A stretch of 24,533 nucleotides of DNA from a virus. Lineage: Duplodnaviria; Caudoviricetes. The notes under the pieces were generated by a model, which made no database searches, was not told the DNA's origin, and saw nothing but the letters and a program-made list of their open reading frames with translations. A program made the translations under genes and the position numbers. This document shows, one piece after another, positions 9,420 to 18,356 of this stretch (position 1 is its first letter; every line of letters begins with the position of its first letter). Location of the stretch: positions 1 through 24,533 of IMG/VR virus record IMGVR_UViG_3300020045_000128; one strand, 5' to 3'.

Positions 9420-10352
9420 TTAAATACCAGGACTACCGTAAATACCCCGGCGATCAGTCCAACCAAAGCTATAACGAGCAGTAGCCTTGTACTTGGCATT
9501 CTCAGTGTCAAAGTCCTCGTCCATAGTGAACTCATCAGGACGCCGCTCAAAATACTTTAGACCATCTCGTACATCAGTAAGAATGAACCAAGCATCAGTA
9601 TCGGTTAGATAATGATTAACCACGATTTCAGGAATCATGCCCATAGTCTTAACCGCGTTAATGTCGTTTAGGTCAGTGCCCACGCGACCTTCGGTTTTTA
9701 GAATACGGTTGGCCTCGAACATCAGTTCCTTGGGAATAATTAGTTTACGAGGACGAACAGCGATCTTTAGACCACGATCATTGGTAAAACCAGCAATATC
9801 AATACAGGCTTGCTCAAGAGCAGCTTCTGACAGGTCAACACCAGCGGAAGGACCATTGGTATAGGTGCCACCAGTTACGTTAGGAGCAGAAGCAGAGCCA
9901 CCACCACCTGCACTGGCAACAAGGGTTGCACCGTCACCACCAAGATAGCTGGTATTAAAAGCACGGTTGTATACGTTAGCTGCAATGATTTCCTTGGTCT
10001 GACGCATAGAGAATGCAAGGCTTTGGGCCTTCTTCTTAGCTACAATGTCATACTGGTCATCATCAAAAGCTTCACGAGTAACAATAAAACCTAGACCATA
10101 GGTTACATGGTTGTACCGTGAGGTAAACCCTTGACGCATGCTGTCATAAGTAATTGAACCAGCTTGGTCCTTAACAACAGCCAGACCTAGACCTGAAGTA
10201 CCCACATCCTCTTCAAAGGCACGCCGACTGGTATTCTTTTCAAACAATTTATCCCATTCAACGGGATACTCTGAATAAGCCTGACCGAACCAAGTGTTAA
10301 CACCGGGCCATAGGCTTTTTGCAAAACTAGAGGTAGTAATTACGCCACTCAT
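9420..10352 (-). CDS. Major capsid protein (HK97 fold, Mu gpT-like family)
   Basis: FAKSLWPGVN.WFG, SRRAFEE, YNHVTYGLGF.VTREA.DD, PRKLIIP, NHYLTDTDAWF, YKATARYSFG motifs; strong SD AAGGAG. Confidence 0.9.
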   Translation of the reverse strand: MSGVITTSSFAKSLWPGVNTWFGQAYSEYPVEWDKLFEKNTSRRAFEEDVGTSGLGLAVVKDQAGSITYDSMRQGFTSRYNHVTYGLGFIVTREAFDDDQYDIVAKKKAQSLAFSMRQTKEIIAANVYNRAFNTSYLGGDGATLVASAGGGGSASAPNVTGGTYTNGPSAGVDLSEAALEQACIDIAGFTNDRGLKIAVRPRKLIIPKELMFEANRILKTEGRVGTDLNDINAVKTMGMIPEIVVNHYLTDTDAWFILTDVRDGLKYFERRPDEFTMDEDFDTENAKYKATARYSFGWTDRRGIYGSPGI

Positions 10353-10364
10353 TTATTTTTCTCC

Positions 10365-11000
10365 TTAAACACCGGCTACACCAACGCTACCAAAGGCATG
10401 GACGTTGATACGAACATGAACCTTATTGAACGCTGAGTTAATCTCATTATCTACACGTTTAACCACACCTACAATTTGTAGAGGTAGGGTTGAAGTAGTA
10501 GCAGGAGCAGTGGTGGAATACACATACATAGGTGAAGCACCAGTTAGCAGGGGAGTAGTATGGGCAGAAGCACCAATACCTACGTTTAGACCTACGCTGG
10601 CAGCAGGAACGGCTGCATCAGCCTCTGCTTCAAAGATAAGATCGGGAGCATCTGCTACCAAAATATACTGCTTAGTTGAAGCAGGACGATACTGAGGAGT
10701 ATCTAGAGAAATACTACCAGCAGTCATGTTACCATCCAGGGGGTCCATCTTGGCATTTAGAATACCAACAACAGCACCAAGAATAGGACCAGCAGTAATT
10801 TGTGCTGAAGCACCTACAACAACTTCTACAGCGGGAACACCAGCAGTAGCAGCAGAGTCAGACAGTTTAACTAGGTCGCCCACAAACACAGGGACAGCTT
10901 CGCCTGCGGGAACCTCATACAGATTGGCTTGGCCGTTGTAAGGAGCACCAGTGATGTGCTTTACAGGGCGGAAGCCACTAATTTTAGAAGTGTTAGCCAT
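10365..11000 (-). CDS. Head-associated structural protein preceding MCP (minor capsid/decoration-like)
   Basis: MAN...GFRPVK...VFVGDLVK...DAPDLIFEAEAD pattern seen upstream of this MCP type. Confidence 0.65.
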   Translation of the reverse strand: MANTSKISGFRPVKHITGAPYNGQANLYEVPAGEAVPVFVGDLVKLSDSAATAGVPAVEVVVGASAQITAGPILGAVVGILNAKMDPLDGNMTAGSISLDTPQYRPASTKQYILVADAPDLIFEAEADAAVPAASVGLNVGIGASAHTTPLLTGASPMYVYSTTAPATTSTLPLQIVGVVKRVDNEINSAFNKVHVRINVHAFGSVGVAGV

Positions 11001-11047
11001 TGGCTTATTCCTTTCGTTTCATTAAAAATAAGCAAGGCCCATTTGTC

Positions 11048-11446
11048 TTATGACATTTCTAGCTTGCCATAATCGGCAGCTTTACGGGCATCGCTTTTCA
11101 TCGAAGCCTCTACCGCACTAATTTCTTGTTGTTTAGCATTCTGGTCTTCTTTATACCAATCTTCGGGGATTCGCATAACTACAGCCTTAGTACCTTGACC
11201 TACAGAAAAATATGCAGCAGAGCCTAAAGAACTTGTATTGTCAACACGCTTGTTACCAATTGCACCAACTTGTTCTGTAGTGCAGATTTCATAACCTACA
11301 CCTTTTAGTTGTTCCACACGATCATCTACATCGTTTACAATACGGTATACAAAACCATCTTCTTTGTTCTTAATTGAAAGACGGTCACGTTTGCCTAGAG
11401 AGGCACGTTGGGGACGGGCACTTGCCACGGTTGGGGTTCTAGCCAT
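11048..11446 (-). CDS. Conserved head-module hypothetical protein
   Basis: GFVYRIVND...GYE...VMRIPEDWYKEDQ; SD AAGGAG. Confidence 0.7.
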   Translation of the reverse strand: MARTPTVASARPQRASLGKRDRLSIKNKEDGFVYRIVNDVDDRVEQLKGVGYEICTTEQVGAIGNKRVDNTSSLGSAAYFSVGQGTKAVVMRIPEDWYKEDQNAKQQEISAVEASMKSDARKAADYGKLEMS

Positions 11447-11456
11447 GTAGTTCTCC

Positions 11457-12236
11457 TTACTTTAGGCCCTTAACGGCCTTGAGATCAGCAATATATTTCT
11501 CTTTGGTCAATAGACCGGAACGAACTAAATCATTCATTACTTTTTTCTCTTGTTCATTCATAAATGAATCAGAGTCTTTTCCAACAGGTTTAGTATTACC
11601 ACCACGGCTTTGCTCTACATTAGGAGCAAGCTCTTTGTTGGGATTCACAAACTTATTAGGAAATTCTTTTCGTACAGCTTGCTCAACTTGTTTTAGTACC
11701 TCTGCTGGTGCAATGCCTTTTGAGGCAAGATCTTGACCAATTTCATCAGCGTATTTACGCATATAACTGGTATTACTATACCAAGGATTACGACTTTGAA
11801 AAGCTTGCCACTCAGGATGAACAACAGTTTCTTCTACAATAGGCTGGTTTTTAACCTGCTCAATTTGTGTCAGTTGATGCTCAGCCTTTTTAATTTCATC
11901 GTCAATGAGTTCAAAACTATCACCATCTCCATCAGCCAGCGCGCTTTTACGTTGGGCTTTAAGCTGATTAATGGCTTTTTGTACAGCCGCTTCTTCCACT
12001 CGGGTATAATGTACTTTAAGAGCTTCTAGTGCCTTAGTAACATTCTTTAGCTGTTTGTTTTGATTCTCAATACGATCAAATAAAGGTTGACGCCGAACAA
12101 ACTCTTTAGCATCAATAAACTCTTCTTCATCTCCCTCAAACTGTTCTTTTGGGCGCCAGCCCATTTGAATAGCCTTTTCTTCAATTGAAGATAGTTGTGG
12201 GGCTTCTTGTTGTTCTTGGTTTAGGTCTTCGTCCAT
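11457..12236 (-). CDS. Capsid scaffolding protein (259 aa); start revised to ATG 12236
   Basis: Acidic, helical/coiled-coil, MGWRPKEQF, NPWY, C-terminal LTKEKYIADL; SD AAGGAA before MDEDLNQEQ. Confidence 0.75.
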   Translation of the reverse strand: MDEDLNQEQQEAPQLSSIEEKAIQMGWRPKEQFEGDEEEFIDAKEFVRRQPLFDRIENQNKQLKNVTKALEALKVHYTRVEEAAVQKAINQLKAQRKSALADGDGDSFELIDDEIKKAEHQLTQIEQVKNQPIVEETVVHPEWQAFQSRNPWYSNTSYMRKYADEIGQDLASKGIAPAEVLKQVEQAVRKEFPNKFVNPNKELAPNVEQSRGGNTKPVGKDSDSFMNEQEKKVMNDLVRSGLLTKEKYIADLKAVKGLK

Positions 12237-12237
12237 G

Positions 12238-12723
12238 TTATTCCTTAAAAATTGCAACAACGTCTTCGGGATTAAATTTATTACCTTTACTTGCATTTTG
12301 CTTTCTTGTAAGCATTTGCAAATTTTCTGGTATATGTAAACCACAAACTAATTCATGTTGAATTGGAATAATATGATCTACTTCTAATCCACGTCGTCTT
12401 GCTAGGTCGTAAAATTCTTCTATATAAAAAAGATCCCACTCTGTTAAACTTGCTAAAGAGGCTTCTTTCATTCTAGAAACCCTAGTAGCGGCTTTTGCAT
12501 AGTAATAATCTTTATTTTTATAATAGTAATTACTGCTCGTTTGTGCACGTACACCTGGATTATTTTGTAACCACTTTTCTTGTGATTGTTTATTTTTATC
12601 TGGATGTTTTTGTCTATAAGCAGTTTTACTACATTTAGAAGAACAGTATTTTCTTTGATGCGGCCAATTACGTGTGTATCTAGGTAATGGACACTCAGCA
12701 TTACAAATAATGCATTTATTCAT
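12238..12723 (-). CDS. HNH homing endonuclease
   Basis: CxxC...YCSSKC N-terminus; EVDHIIPIQHELVCGLHIPENLQMLTRKQNASKGN. Confidence 0.9.
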   Translation of the reverse strand: MNKCIICNAECPLPRYTRNWPHQRKYCSSKCSKTAYRQKHPDKNKQSQEKWLQNNPGVRAQTSSNYYYKNKDYYYAKAATRVSRMKEASLASLTEWDLFYIEEFYDLARRRGLEVDHIIPIQHELVCGLHIPENLQMLTRKQNASKGNKFNPEDVVAIFKE

Positions 12724-13036
12724 CTTTAAAAATACAAATTACATCCTCATCATTAATTACGAGGAAAATATCCTCGGAACCGGGTTCTTGAATAAACTTA
12801 CCACCAAACTTTGCGTATGCAATGGTGTCTCCTACAGTAAGTTCTCCTACATAATCCTCATGGCATTTAGAACCAATTTGGAGAACAGTACCTTTGTCAA
12901 CATTAATTTGCTCTTTACGCTCAGAAACTTCGGTAAGAATGATACCTGCTTTTTTAGCAGATTCAAACACCTTATCATGCTCTTGAATTTTAAAAGGTTT
13001 AACAAGGATTCTACATCCAGTGATTTTAATTGTCAT
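12716..13036 (-). CDS. groES: Phage co-chaperonin GroES (Cpn10)-like
   Basis: RILVKP...AGIIL...GTVLQIG...VGDTIAYAKFGG...LVINDEDVICI. Confidence 0.9.
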   Translation of the reverse strand: MTIKITGCRILVKPFKIQEHDKVFESAKKAGIILTEVSERKEQINVDKGTVLQIGSKCHEDYVGELTVGDTIAYAKFGGKFIQEPGSEDIFLVINDEDVICIFKDE

Positions 13037-13233
13037 TAAATACCCTCTACGGTAAATGTTCTAGGATCAAGGTCAACGAGTGCTTGGAGATAACCCTGTC
13101 GTTTTAACAGTGTTTCGTTATCCCACATTTGTACTTCTTGTAGTACCTCTTTGACTCTGGTATCAATTGCTAAAGAATAAAAACGAGTTACTTCGTCCCG
13201 CTTCCATTGTTTGAGTTCTTCTGCTGAGATGAT
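13036..13233 (-). CDS. Small post-portal protein (65 aa), probable ATC start
   Basis: Not in the ORF track. IISAEELKQWKRDEVTRFYSLAIDTRVKEVLQ...GYLQALVDLDPRTFTVEGI; SD AAGGAGG 7 nt before ATC; stop overlaps the groES ATG (TAATG); homolog at 24457. Confidence 0.75.
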   Translation of the reverse strand: MISAEELKQWKRDEVTRFYSLAIDTRVKEVLQEVQMWDNETLLKRQGYLQALVDLDPRTFTVEGI

Positions 13234-15263
13234 TTTGCAGCCTCCTTTTGATGAGACATTTTCTGTTGATGGGCCTGTTCACTTTGAACCATGCCCTGCT
13301 GTGCTTTAGTGCGCTCTGCTGCACTAAAAATATTAGCCATCTGAATATCAGAGGCTGATTTAATCATTGCGGATTCTTCTTGCTGTTGCATTTTCTGTGC
13401 ATGAGCTTGAGCTTCCATCATCATTTTTTGTTCGGCATTCCGACCTTCTAATTCCATTTTGGCTTGTTTAGCTTGAATGTCTACAGCAGCCTTTTGTTGG
13501 TCTGCTTTCATTTTAGCTTGAATTGCCATCATCTTAGGATCAGGAGGAGGGGGAGGAACTTGTCCAGACTGTTGAACCTCATCACTAAACAGTTCTTGCC
13601 AATTAGGCTGTTCCTGGGCTTCTAGCACCCTTGAGAGCACTTTAACTGGATTAAGCATGGGGCCAGCTACTTGTAACATTTCCATGAGTCCTTGCGCCTT
13701 CATCAACTTCTCCTGCTGTGAGGCTGCATTGGGATCAGCTCCTGGAGCTACATCGCAAGCACTTTTATCAAAATCATCTGGACCAATTTCCATATCAATT
13801 ACATTAATGTATTTGTTAGGATCGGTATACAGTTTGTTAAGTTCAAAAATCTTATCAAACTCTTGAGACAAAGCACGAAAGATTCGTTTGTAAACAGCAG
13901 TGAATACTTTCATACCTTGCTCTACTGTAGCCATTGTGGTAGTCGCTGGGGTATTTTGCCCTGGCATCTTACCCGTAAAGATTTCTGCTACGGATGCCAG
14001 TTCTTTGCCAGAGGTAATAAGGGTCCCCATGAGTTGGAAGAGTACGGAAGAGGGTTCTTTTGTGGGAAGAGGTACAATTTGCTTGCGAAGGTCGTCGGCT
14101 GTTGCATTAACAGGCCGCCATTCACCGGGACGCAAAGACTGGTCACCCATCTTAACTCGTAAAGCTTTTCCGATAAATCCTGACTGAAGGTTGTGTAAGT
14201 GTCCACTATCCACCAATTGGTTAATGAGGGTATTTACTGATTCGTTAATTGGGCCAAGAAGGACACCAAAGCCAATATCATAAAAAGACCCATCTGGATT
14301 AGGAATAAAGCCAAATTTGGTGTACATTTGAATTGGCTTAATGCGTGCAATCTTTTTAGTATCTTCTTTAAGAATAACATCATCTAAAAGATAGCGTCTG
14401 CTAATTCGTAAGAGTTTACCTGAAGAATAGTCAAATGTTACAATGTAAGGCTCAGCATAATCATCACCATCTAAATCTAGGAAAGTATGTTGCTCTACAA
14501 TAGTGTAAGGTAAGCTTGAACTATTAGTGTCTGCATCATTAGGCATCAAATGGTTCTCAGCAACAGGATCACCTAAATCCAAATCTTCATACACTCCCAT
14601 ATTTTGACGCTCTTTAAGCAGTCTAGGAGACATATGAATGACTTCAGAGATTCTTTCTGATTCTTCTAAATTGGTTGTCCAATAATTAACAACTAAGTAT
14701 TTAGGAAGAATAAGTTTGCTTTTAATTTTATCTTCTGTTTTATCATACCATGTCTTTTTAAACATAGTACCAACAATAGGAAGCATCATTAGCATTTTAT
14801 CCATGTCTTCTTCCCAGCCAGACATTTCATGCATTACTTGATAAGACATGTAGGTAGAAACACGTTGGGCTTTTTCATACTTTTGCCCATCAATATCTTT
14901 ACCAATTACTACACTGTTAACAATCTTTCCATTAGAGGGAACAAGAGAGGGATAGGACCTAGCTGCAAATTGCATTGCTGCTGTGGCAACAATGGGGTAT
15001 TTAACATTAGAAGCCCCAGGCCAAGGATAAGTTTTATCTTGTTTTGTTTGTTTTGCTAAAGCAATCCAATCATCAATATTACTTTCCCATTCACCTCTAC
15101 TACGCAAATCATCATCAAAAGCCGCTTTACATTCCGCAGCAACTGCCTCTTGTTTTTCTTTTGAAAGTGTCTTTAAAATGTTTTCTACAGGAAGAGGAGG
15201 GTCAGTATCCGCAGATTGTGCTGGCACCTGACTTTCCATATCCTGATTGTTGTAATTCATCAT
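13188..15263 (-). CDS. Portal protein, copy A (start probably ATG 15263 or 15260)
   Basis: PWPGASNVKYP, AAMQFAAR, GTMFKKTWYD, FYDIGFG, NQLVDSG, Q/M-rich C-terminal helix; follows TerL; GAGG SD before MMNYNN. Confidence 0.92.
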   Translation of the reverse strand: MMNYNNQDMESQVPAQSADTDPPLPVENILKTLSKEKQEAVAAECKAAFDDDLRSRGEWESNIDDWIALAKQTKQDKTYPWPGASNVKYPIVATAAMQFAARSYPSLVPSNGKIVNSVVIGKDIDGQKYEKAQRVSTYMSYQVMHEMSGWEEDMDKMLMMLPIVGTMFKKTWYDKTEDKIKSKLILPKYLVVNYWTTNLEESERISEVIHMSPRLLKERQNMGVYEDLDLGDPVAENHLMPNDADTNSSSLPYTIVEQHTFLDLDGDDYAEPYIVTFDYSSGKLLRISRRYLLDDVILKEDTKKIARIKPIQMYTKFGFIPNPDGSFYDIGFGVLLGPINESVNTLINQLVDSGHLHNLQSGFIGKALRVKMGDQSLRPGEWRPVNATADDLRKQIVPLPTKEPSSVLFQLMGTLITSGKELASVAEIFTGKMPGQNTPATTTMATVEQGMKVFTAVYKRIFRALSQEFDKIFELNKLYTDPNKYINVIDMEIGPDDFDKSACDVAPGADPNAASQQEKLMKAQGLMEMLQVAGPMLNPVKVLSRVLEAQEQPNWQELFSDEVQQSGQVPPPPPDPKMMAIQAKMKADQQKAAVDIQAKQAKMELEGRNAEQKMMMEAQAHAQKMQQQEESAMIKSASDIQMANIFSAAERTKAQQGMVQSEQAHQQKMSHQKEAAKSSQQKNSNNGSGTK

Positions 15264-16731
15264 TGTATTCCTCGTCTTCCATTTCTTGTGGGGTTGGCGC
15301 CTCAACGAGCGAATCCAACATAAGTCCTAAATAGGATAGGGCATCTACTTGGTCATCATGCGTGTCTCTAGGAAAGCGTGTACACTCATCTTCAAACGTT
15401 TGATACCAATCTTGTTCTTTATTAAAAAATACAGTGTGGGCACGTATACGGGCTTGCATACTACGTCCTCGTGCAATCTTATCCTTACCACCATGTTTTA
15501 ATGGTTTAATGTTTAAGAACACACCTGTTTTTAACATCTCTTCTCGAAGAAAAGGGCCAATAGATTTAGATACTTGCATTTCTTCAATACCAACAATCTC
15601 AGGATCATATGCACGTTGGAGGTTAATTAGGGTATCTACAATATCTCTACCATCAAGTCGTTCACGAATAACATCAAGAATAAAGATTCTTTTATATTCA
15701 TCAATACCTGAAATTAGAAATACTGAGTAGTCAGCTTTCTCACTTTCAGAAATAGCCAAGTCAACTGTAATATAAATATGTAGTTTCTGTTGACTATGCT
15801 CTTCTTTCATTTCTAAGAAGTCTTTACGTTTATAGTAAGCAACAGACTCATCTACAGGATAATTTAAATACTCTTGACTGTAGGCATCAGGGATACCCTG
15901 TGCAATATACCCTTCTCGGGTTTCCTTTAGTTTTTCTTTAGGCCATCGATCAGGCCAAAGAATTTTAGTAAAATCTTCATTGTGAGCACGATATTTAATA
16001 CTAAACCAACCACCTGCTACAAGCTTTTCTGCATATAGTTTTAATGGGGTATTGACACTCCATTTATCCCATTGCTTAGGCATAAGCCTTTCTAGCAAAC
16101 TATCCATGTGAAGAATAGTACCCACAATACGAATAACACCAGTGGAACTTAAACATGGAAGTAAAGCAGAATAAAACCAACGTCTCATCTTCTCTCTTCG
16201 ATCTTTGTTTAACACTAACTCATCGTTTTCCATATCGTCACAGAGAATAATATCAGGACGAGTACCATTCCAAATCAAACCACGTAGTTTTTGTTCAGCA
16301 CCTTTAGCAATAATACGAAACTTATGCCCATCAGCAAACTGAACAATAATATCACTTTCAGTGTCTTTAATGAAAATAACCTTACCATTTTCATCTCGCT
16401 TTAAATTAAACAAATTAATCAAAGCATCGTTGTCTTGTAAATGTTCTTTAAAGAAACCTAGGAACATCATTGCCTGGGCCTCAGTGTCAGAAACTAACAG
16501 CATAAACTTACGCTGTCTAAACATTAAAGTAGCAAGGCCATATGAAACAGTAATACCTGTTGTTTTTGCGTGACCACGCGGTGCGCTAAGTGCTACTTTA
16601 GTATATTTACTGCAACAAATATCCCAAGCTTCTTTGTGAAAAGCTGGGGTTTCTACAGCACCTTCAAACTTACTTGATAACACTGTACGAACAAAACCAG
16701 CAATTACATCACTATTAAGCACTACGCTCAT
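15202..16731 (-). CDS. terL: Terminase large subunit, copy A
   Basis: Walker A APRGHAKTT, Walker B IILCDDMEND, nuclease ITVDLA and HDDQVDA. Confidence 0.95.
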   Translation of the reverse strand: MSVVLNSDVIAGFVRTVLSSKFEGAVETPAFHKEAWDICCSKYTKVALSAPRGHAKTTGITVSYGLATLMFRQRKFMLLVSDTEAQAMMFLGFFKEHLQDNDALINLFNLKRDENGKVIFIKDTESDIIVQFADGHKFRIIAKGAEQKLRGLIWNGTRPDIILCDDMENDELVLNKDRREKMRRWFYSALLPCLSSTGVIRIVGTILHMDSLLERLMPKQWDKWSVNTPLKLYAEKLVAGGWFSIKYRAHNEDFTKILWPDRWPKEKLKETREGYIAQGIPDAYSQEYLNYPVDESVAYYKRKDFLEMKEEHSQQKLHIYITVDLAISESEKADYSVFLISGIDEYKRIFILDVIRERLDGRDIVDTLINLQRAYDPEIVGIEEMQVSKSIGPFLREEMLKTGVFLNIKPLKHGGKDKIARGRSMQARIRAHTVFFNKEQDWYQTFEDECTRFPRDTHDDQVDALSYLGLMLDSLVEAPTPQEMEDEEYNDELQQSGYGKSGASTICGY

Positions 16732-16952
16732 ATATCTCCAATTTTAAGTTTTCCCTTAAAGAATGGAGGGGGAAAAGATTTGTGTTTTGGATTAATTGGG
16801 ACGTAGCTAATAAGTTTTATTTTATTATGTCGCATCTCCCCATAAAGAAAATGTGGAAATTTCCCCCATCTACTCCAACGTACTGTTATGTAACCAATAC
16901 CCCCACGCTTCCAAAATAAATAACAAGCAAAGAATAGGCAATTAGTTTTCAT
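16728..16952 (-). CDS. Small basic/aromatic hypothetical protein
   Basis: Fills the gap between holin and TerL; ATGA overlap with terL. Confidence 0.6.
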   Translation of the reverse strand: MKTNCLFFACYLFWKRGGIGYITVRWSRWGKFPHFLYGEMRHNKIKLISYVPINPKHKSFPPPFFKGKLKIGDI

Positions 16953-16953
16953 A

Positions 16954-17355
16954 TTATTTAGTTAAGTTTTTACTTTTTTCAAAAGTACGTAAACCACCTA
17001 TACCAAGCATACCTGTAATAACAACCCATAATAAATCCATGTTAATGTCAGGGGGTACAGGCCAACCTTTAGTTGTACCATACCAAACTAAAACAGGTTG
17101 AACTAACGTAGAATAAAGAAAAGCAATACCCCCACACCAACCAAAGAAAGGACGCCATCCTGCTACAAAAATACTGGCATGGGTAGCTTCTTTTGCATTA
17201 ATTTCAAGCTGTGCAATAACTTGTTTTAGTTCCCCGTCCATTGCAAGACGTAAAAAATCTGCCTCAGCTTTTCGTTTTTCTTCTTGATTAGGAATAAAAC
17301 GATCAATAATATCTTTACCTAAATCAAGAACAGTGCTGAGGATTAGTGGGTTCAT
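16954..17355 (-). CDS. Holin, GTA-type 3TM family
   Basis: QLEINAKEA...FVAGWRPFFGWCGG...GMLGIGGLRTFEK signature. Confidence 0.85.
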   Translation of the reverse strand: MNPLILSTVLDLGKDIIDRFIPNQEEKRKAEADFLRLAMDGELKQVIAQLEINAKEATHASIFVAGWRPFFGWCGGIAFLYSTLVQPVLVWYGTTKGWPVPPDINMDLLWVVITGMLGIGGLRTFEKSKNLTK

Positions 17356-17651
17356 TTCTTTCTCTCTCGCTTAGAAGTTTGTGATTTCATTGATCCGTCT
17401 TTGTTTCTACTAAAACTTTTGTTTCTACTTTCGGAAACAACTCGTAGATTTGACTTAGCAGAAGATCCTCCTTTAGAAAGGGGAATACGGTGGTCCAGGT
17501 TGGTTCCATCACCTTTACTGGTACGACCATCTGCGTTAGCTTGGTTTCTTGCAATTGTTCGTTCACTGCGAGCCTTTCGTTGTTCTGGCTTAGAATTGTA
17601 AAGCTCATTCTCGCGTTTATAATCGCGTTTTCCGTTTCGCATGTAAGGAAT
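17352..17651 (-). CDS. Small basic HNH-motif protein next to terminase, copy A (probable ATT start; first ATG at 17642)
   Basis: LDHRIPLSKGG...NLRVVSESRNKSF; SD AAGGAG 7 nt before ATT CCT TAC ATG; paralog at 20060. Confidence 0.8.
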   Translation of the reverse strand: MPYMRNGKRDYKRENELYNSKPEQRKARSERTIARNQANADGRTSKGDGTNLDHRIPLSKGGSSAKSNLRVVSESRNKSFSRNKDGSMKSQTSKRERKK

Positions 17652-17652
17652 T

Positions 17653-18237
17653 TTAGTTCTCCTTGGAATCTTCAATATTTTCTGATGAAAGAAAAACAAC
17701 GTCCGTTACATTAACAGGAGCTTTTGTTTTTTGAGCTACAGCAAACTGTTCAAATTGTTTAGCAAGAGCAGCTAGTTTATCATTAACACTGCTTTCCTCA
17801 ATTGCTGTTACAACAGGTTTTTCAATGCTTTCTCTCATTTGAAAACTACTTTTCATAACCTCATGAGCATCTCGCAGGGAAACTTCTTTACGAACAACCT
17901 TACCTGTTTTTTGGTCGTAAAAAAAGTCACCTTTTTCCAACCTGTCTTCAACTAAAGCAAGGGAACGGGCAACAATGTTTTGTAGTTTATGAGAAAGTTC
18001 AATGTTATCTTGCTGTTTAATTTCATCATACATTTCTTTCCACCACTGTGTTTTAGTCCACATTCTAATGGTGGCATGTGGAATTTGTAAGGCAGTGGAG
18101 GTTTGAAGAATGTTACCACCAAGGACAACATATGTTGAAACAGCTTCCATTTTCTGTTTATCACCCCAGGTTTTCTGGGACTCAGTGGGTTTACGAACAG
18201 GAATTTTACGGGTAGTTTTCTTTTTGTCTGACAGCAA
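17653..18237 (-). CDS. Putative terminase small subunit, copy A
   Basis: First gene of the packaging operon; N-terminal HTH-like region (LGGNILQTSTALQIPHATIRMWTKTQWW); DRLEKGDFFYDQKTGKVVRKEVSLRDA shared with 19036; TTG start with SD AGGAG. Confidence 0.7.
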   Translation of the reverse strand: MLSDKKKTTRKIPVRKPTESQKTWGDKQKMEAVSTYVVLGGNILQTSTALQIPHATIRMWTKTQWWKEMYDEIKQQDNIELSHKLQNIVARSLALVEDRLEKGDFFYDQKTGKVVRKEVSLRDAHEVMKSSFQMRESIEKPVVTAIEESSVNDKLAALAKQFEQFAVAQKTKAPVNVTDVVFLSSENIEDSKEN

Positions 18238-18311
18238 GGGTTTTCTCCTACAAGAAAAATCTAAACAAGCAACTGAAAGTTGTTGCGTAAAGCACCGGTA
18301 AAGGTGCGCTA

Positions 18312-18347
18312 TACATCTATTATAACAGACAATTAAAGTAATTACAA
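18312..18347 (-). promoter_or_regulatory. Leftward promoter for packaging operon A
   Basis: TTGTAA-17 nt-TATAAT with extended -10 (TGt), followed by AGATGTA. Confidence 0.75.
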
Positions 18348-18356
18348 GGGTAACTG

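Noticed and set aside
12237-12344. N-terminal extension of the scaffold ORF, and similar extensions at 8945-8986, 15264-15305, 17652-17699, 18900-18938 and 22385-22414
   Set aside because: They overlap neighbouring genes or regulatory sites and lack SD sequences; better SD-linked starts lie downstream
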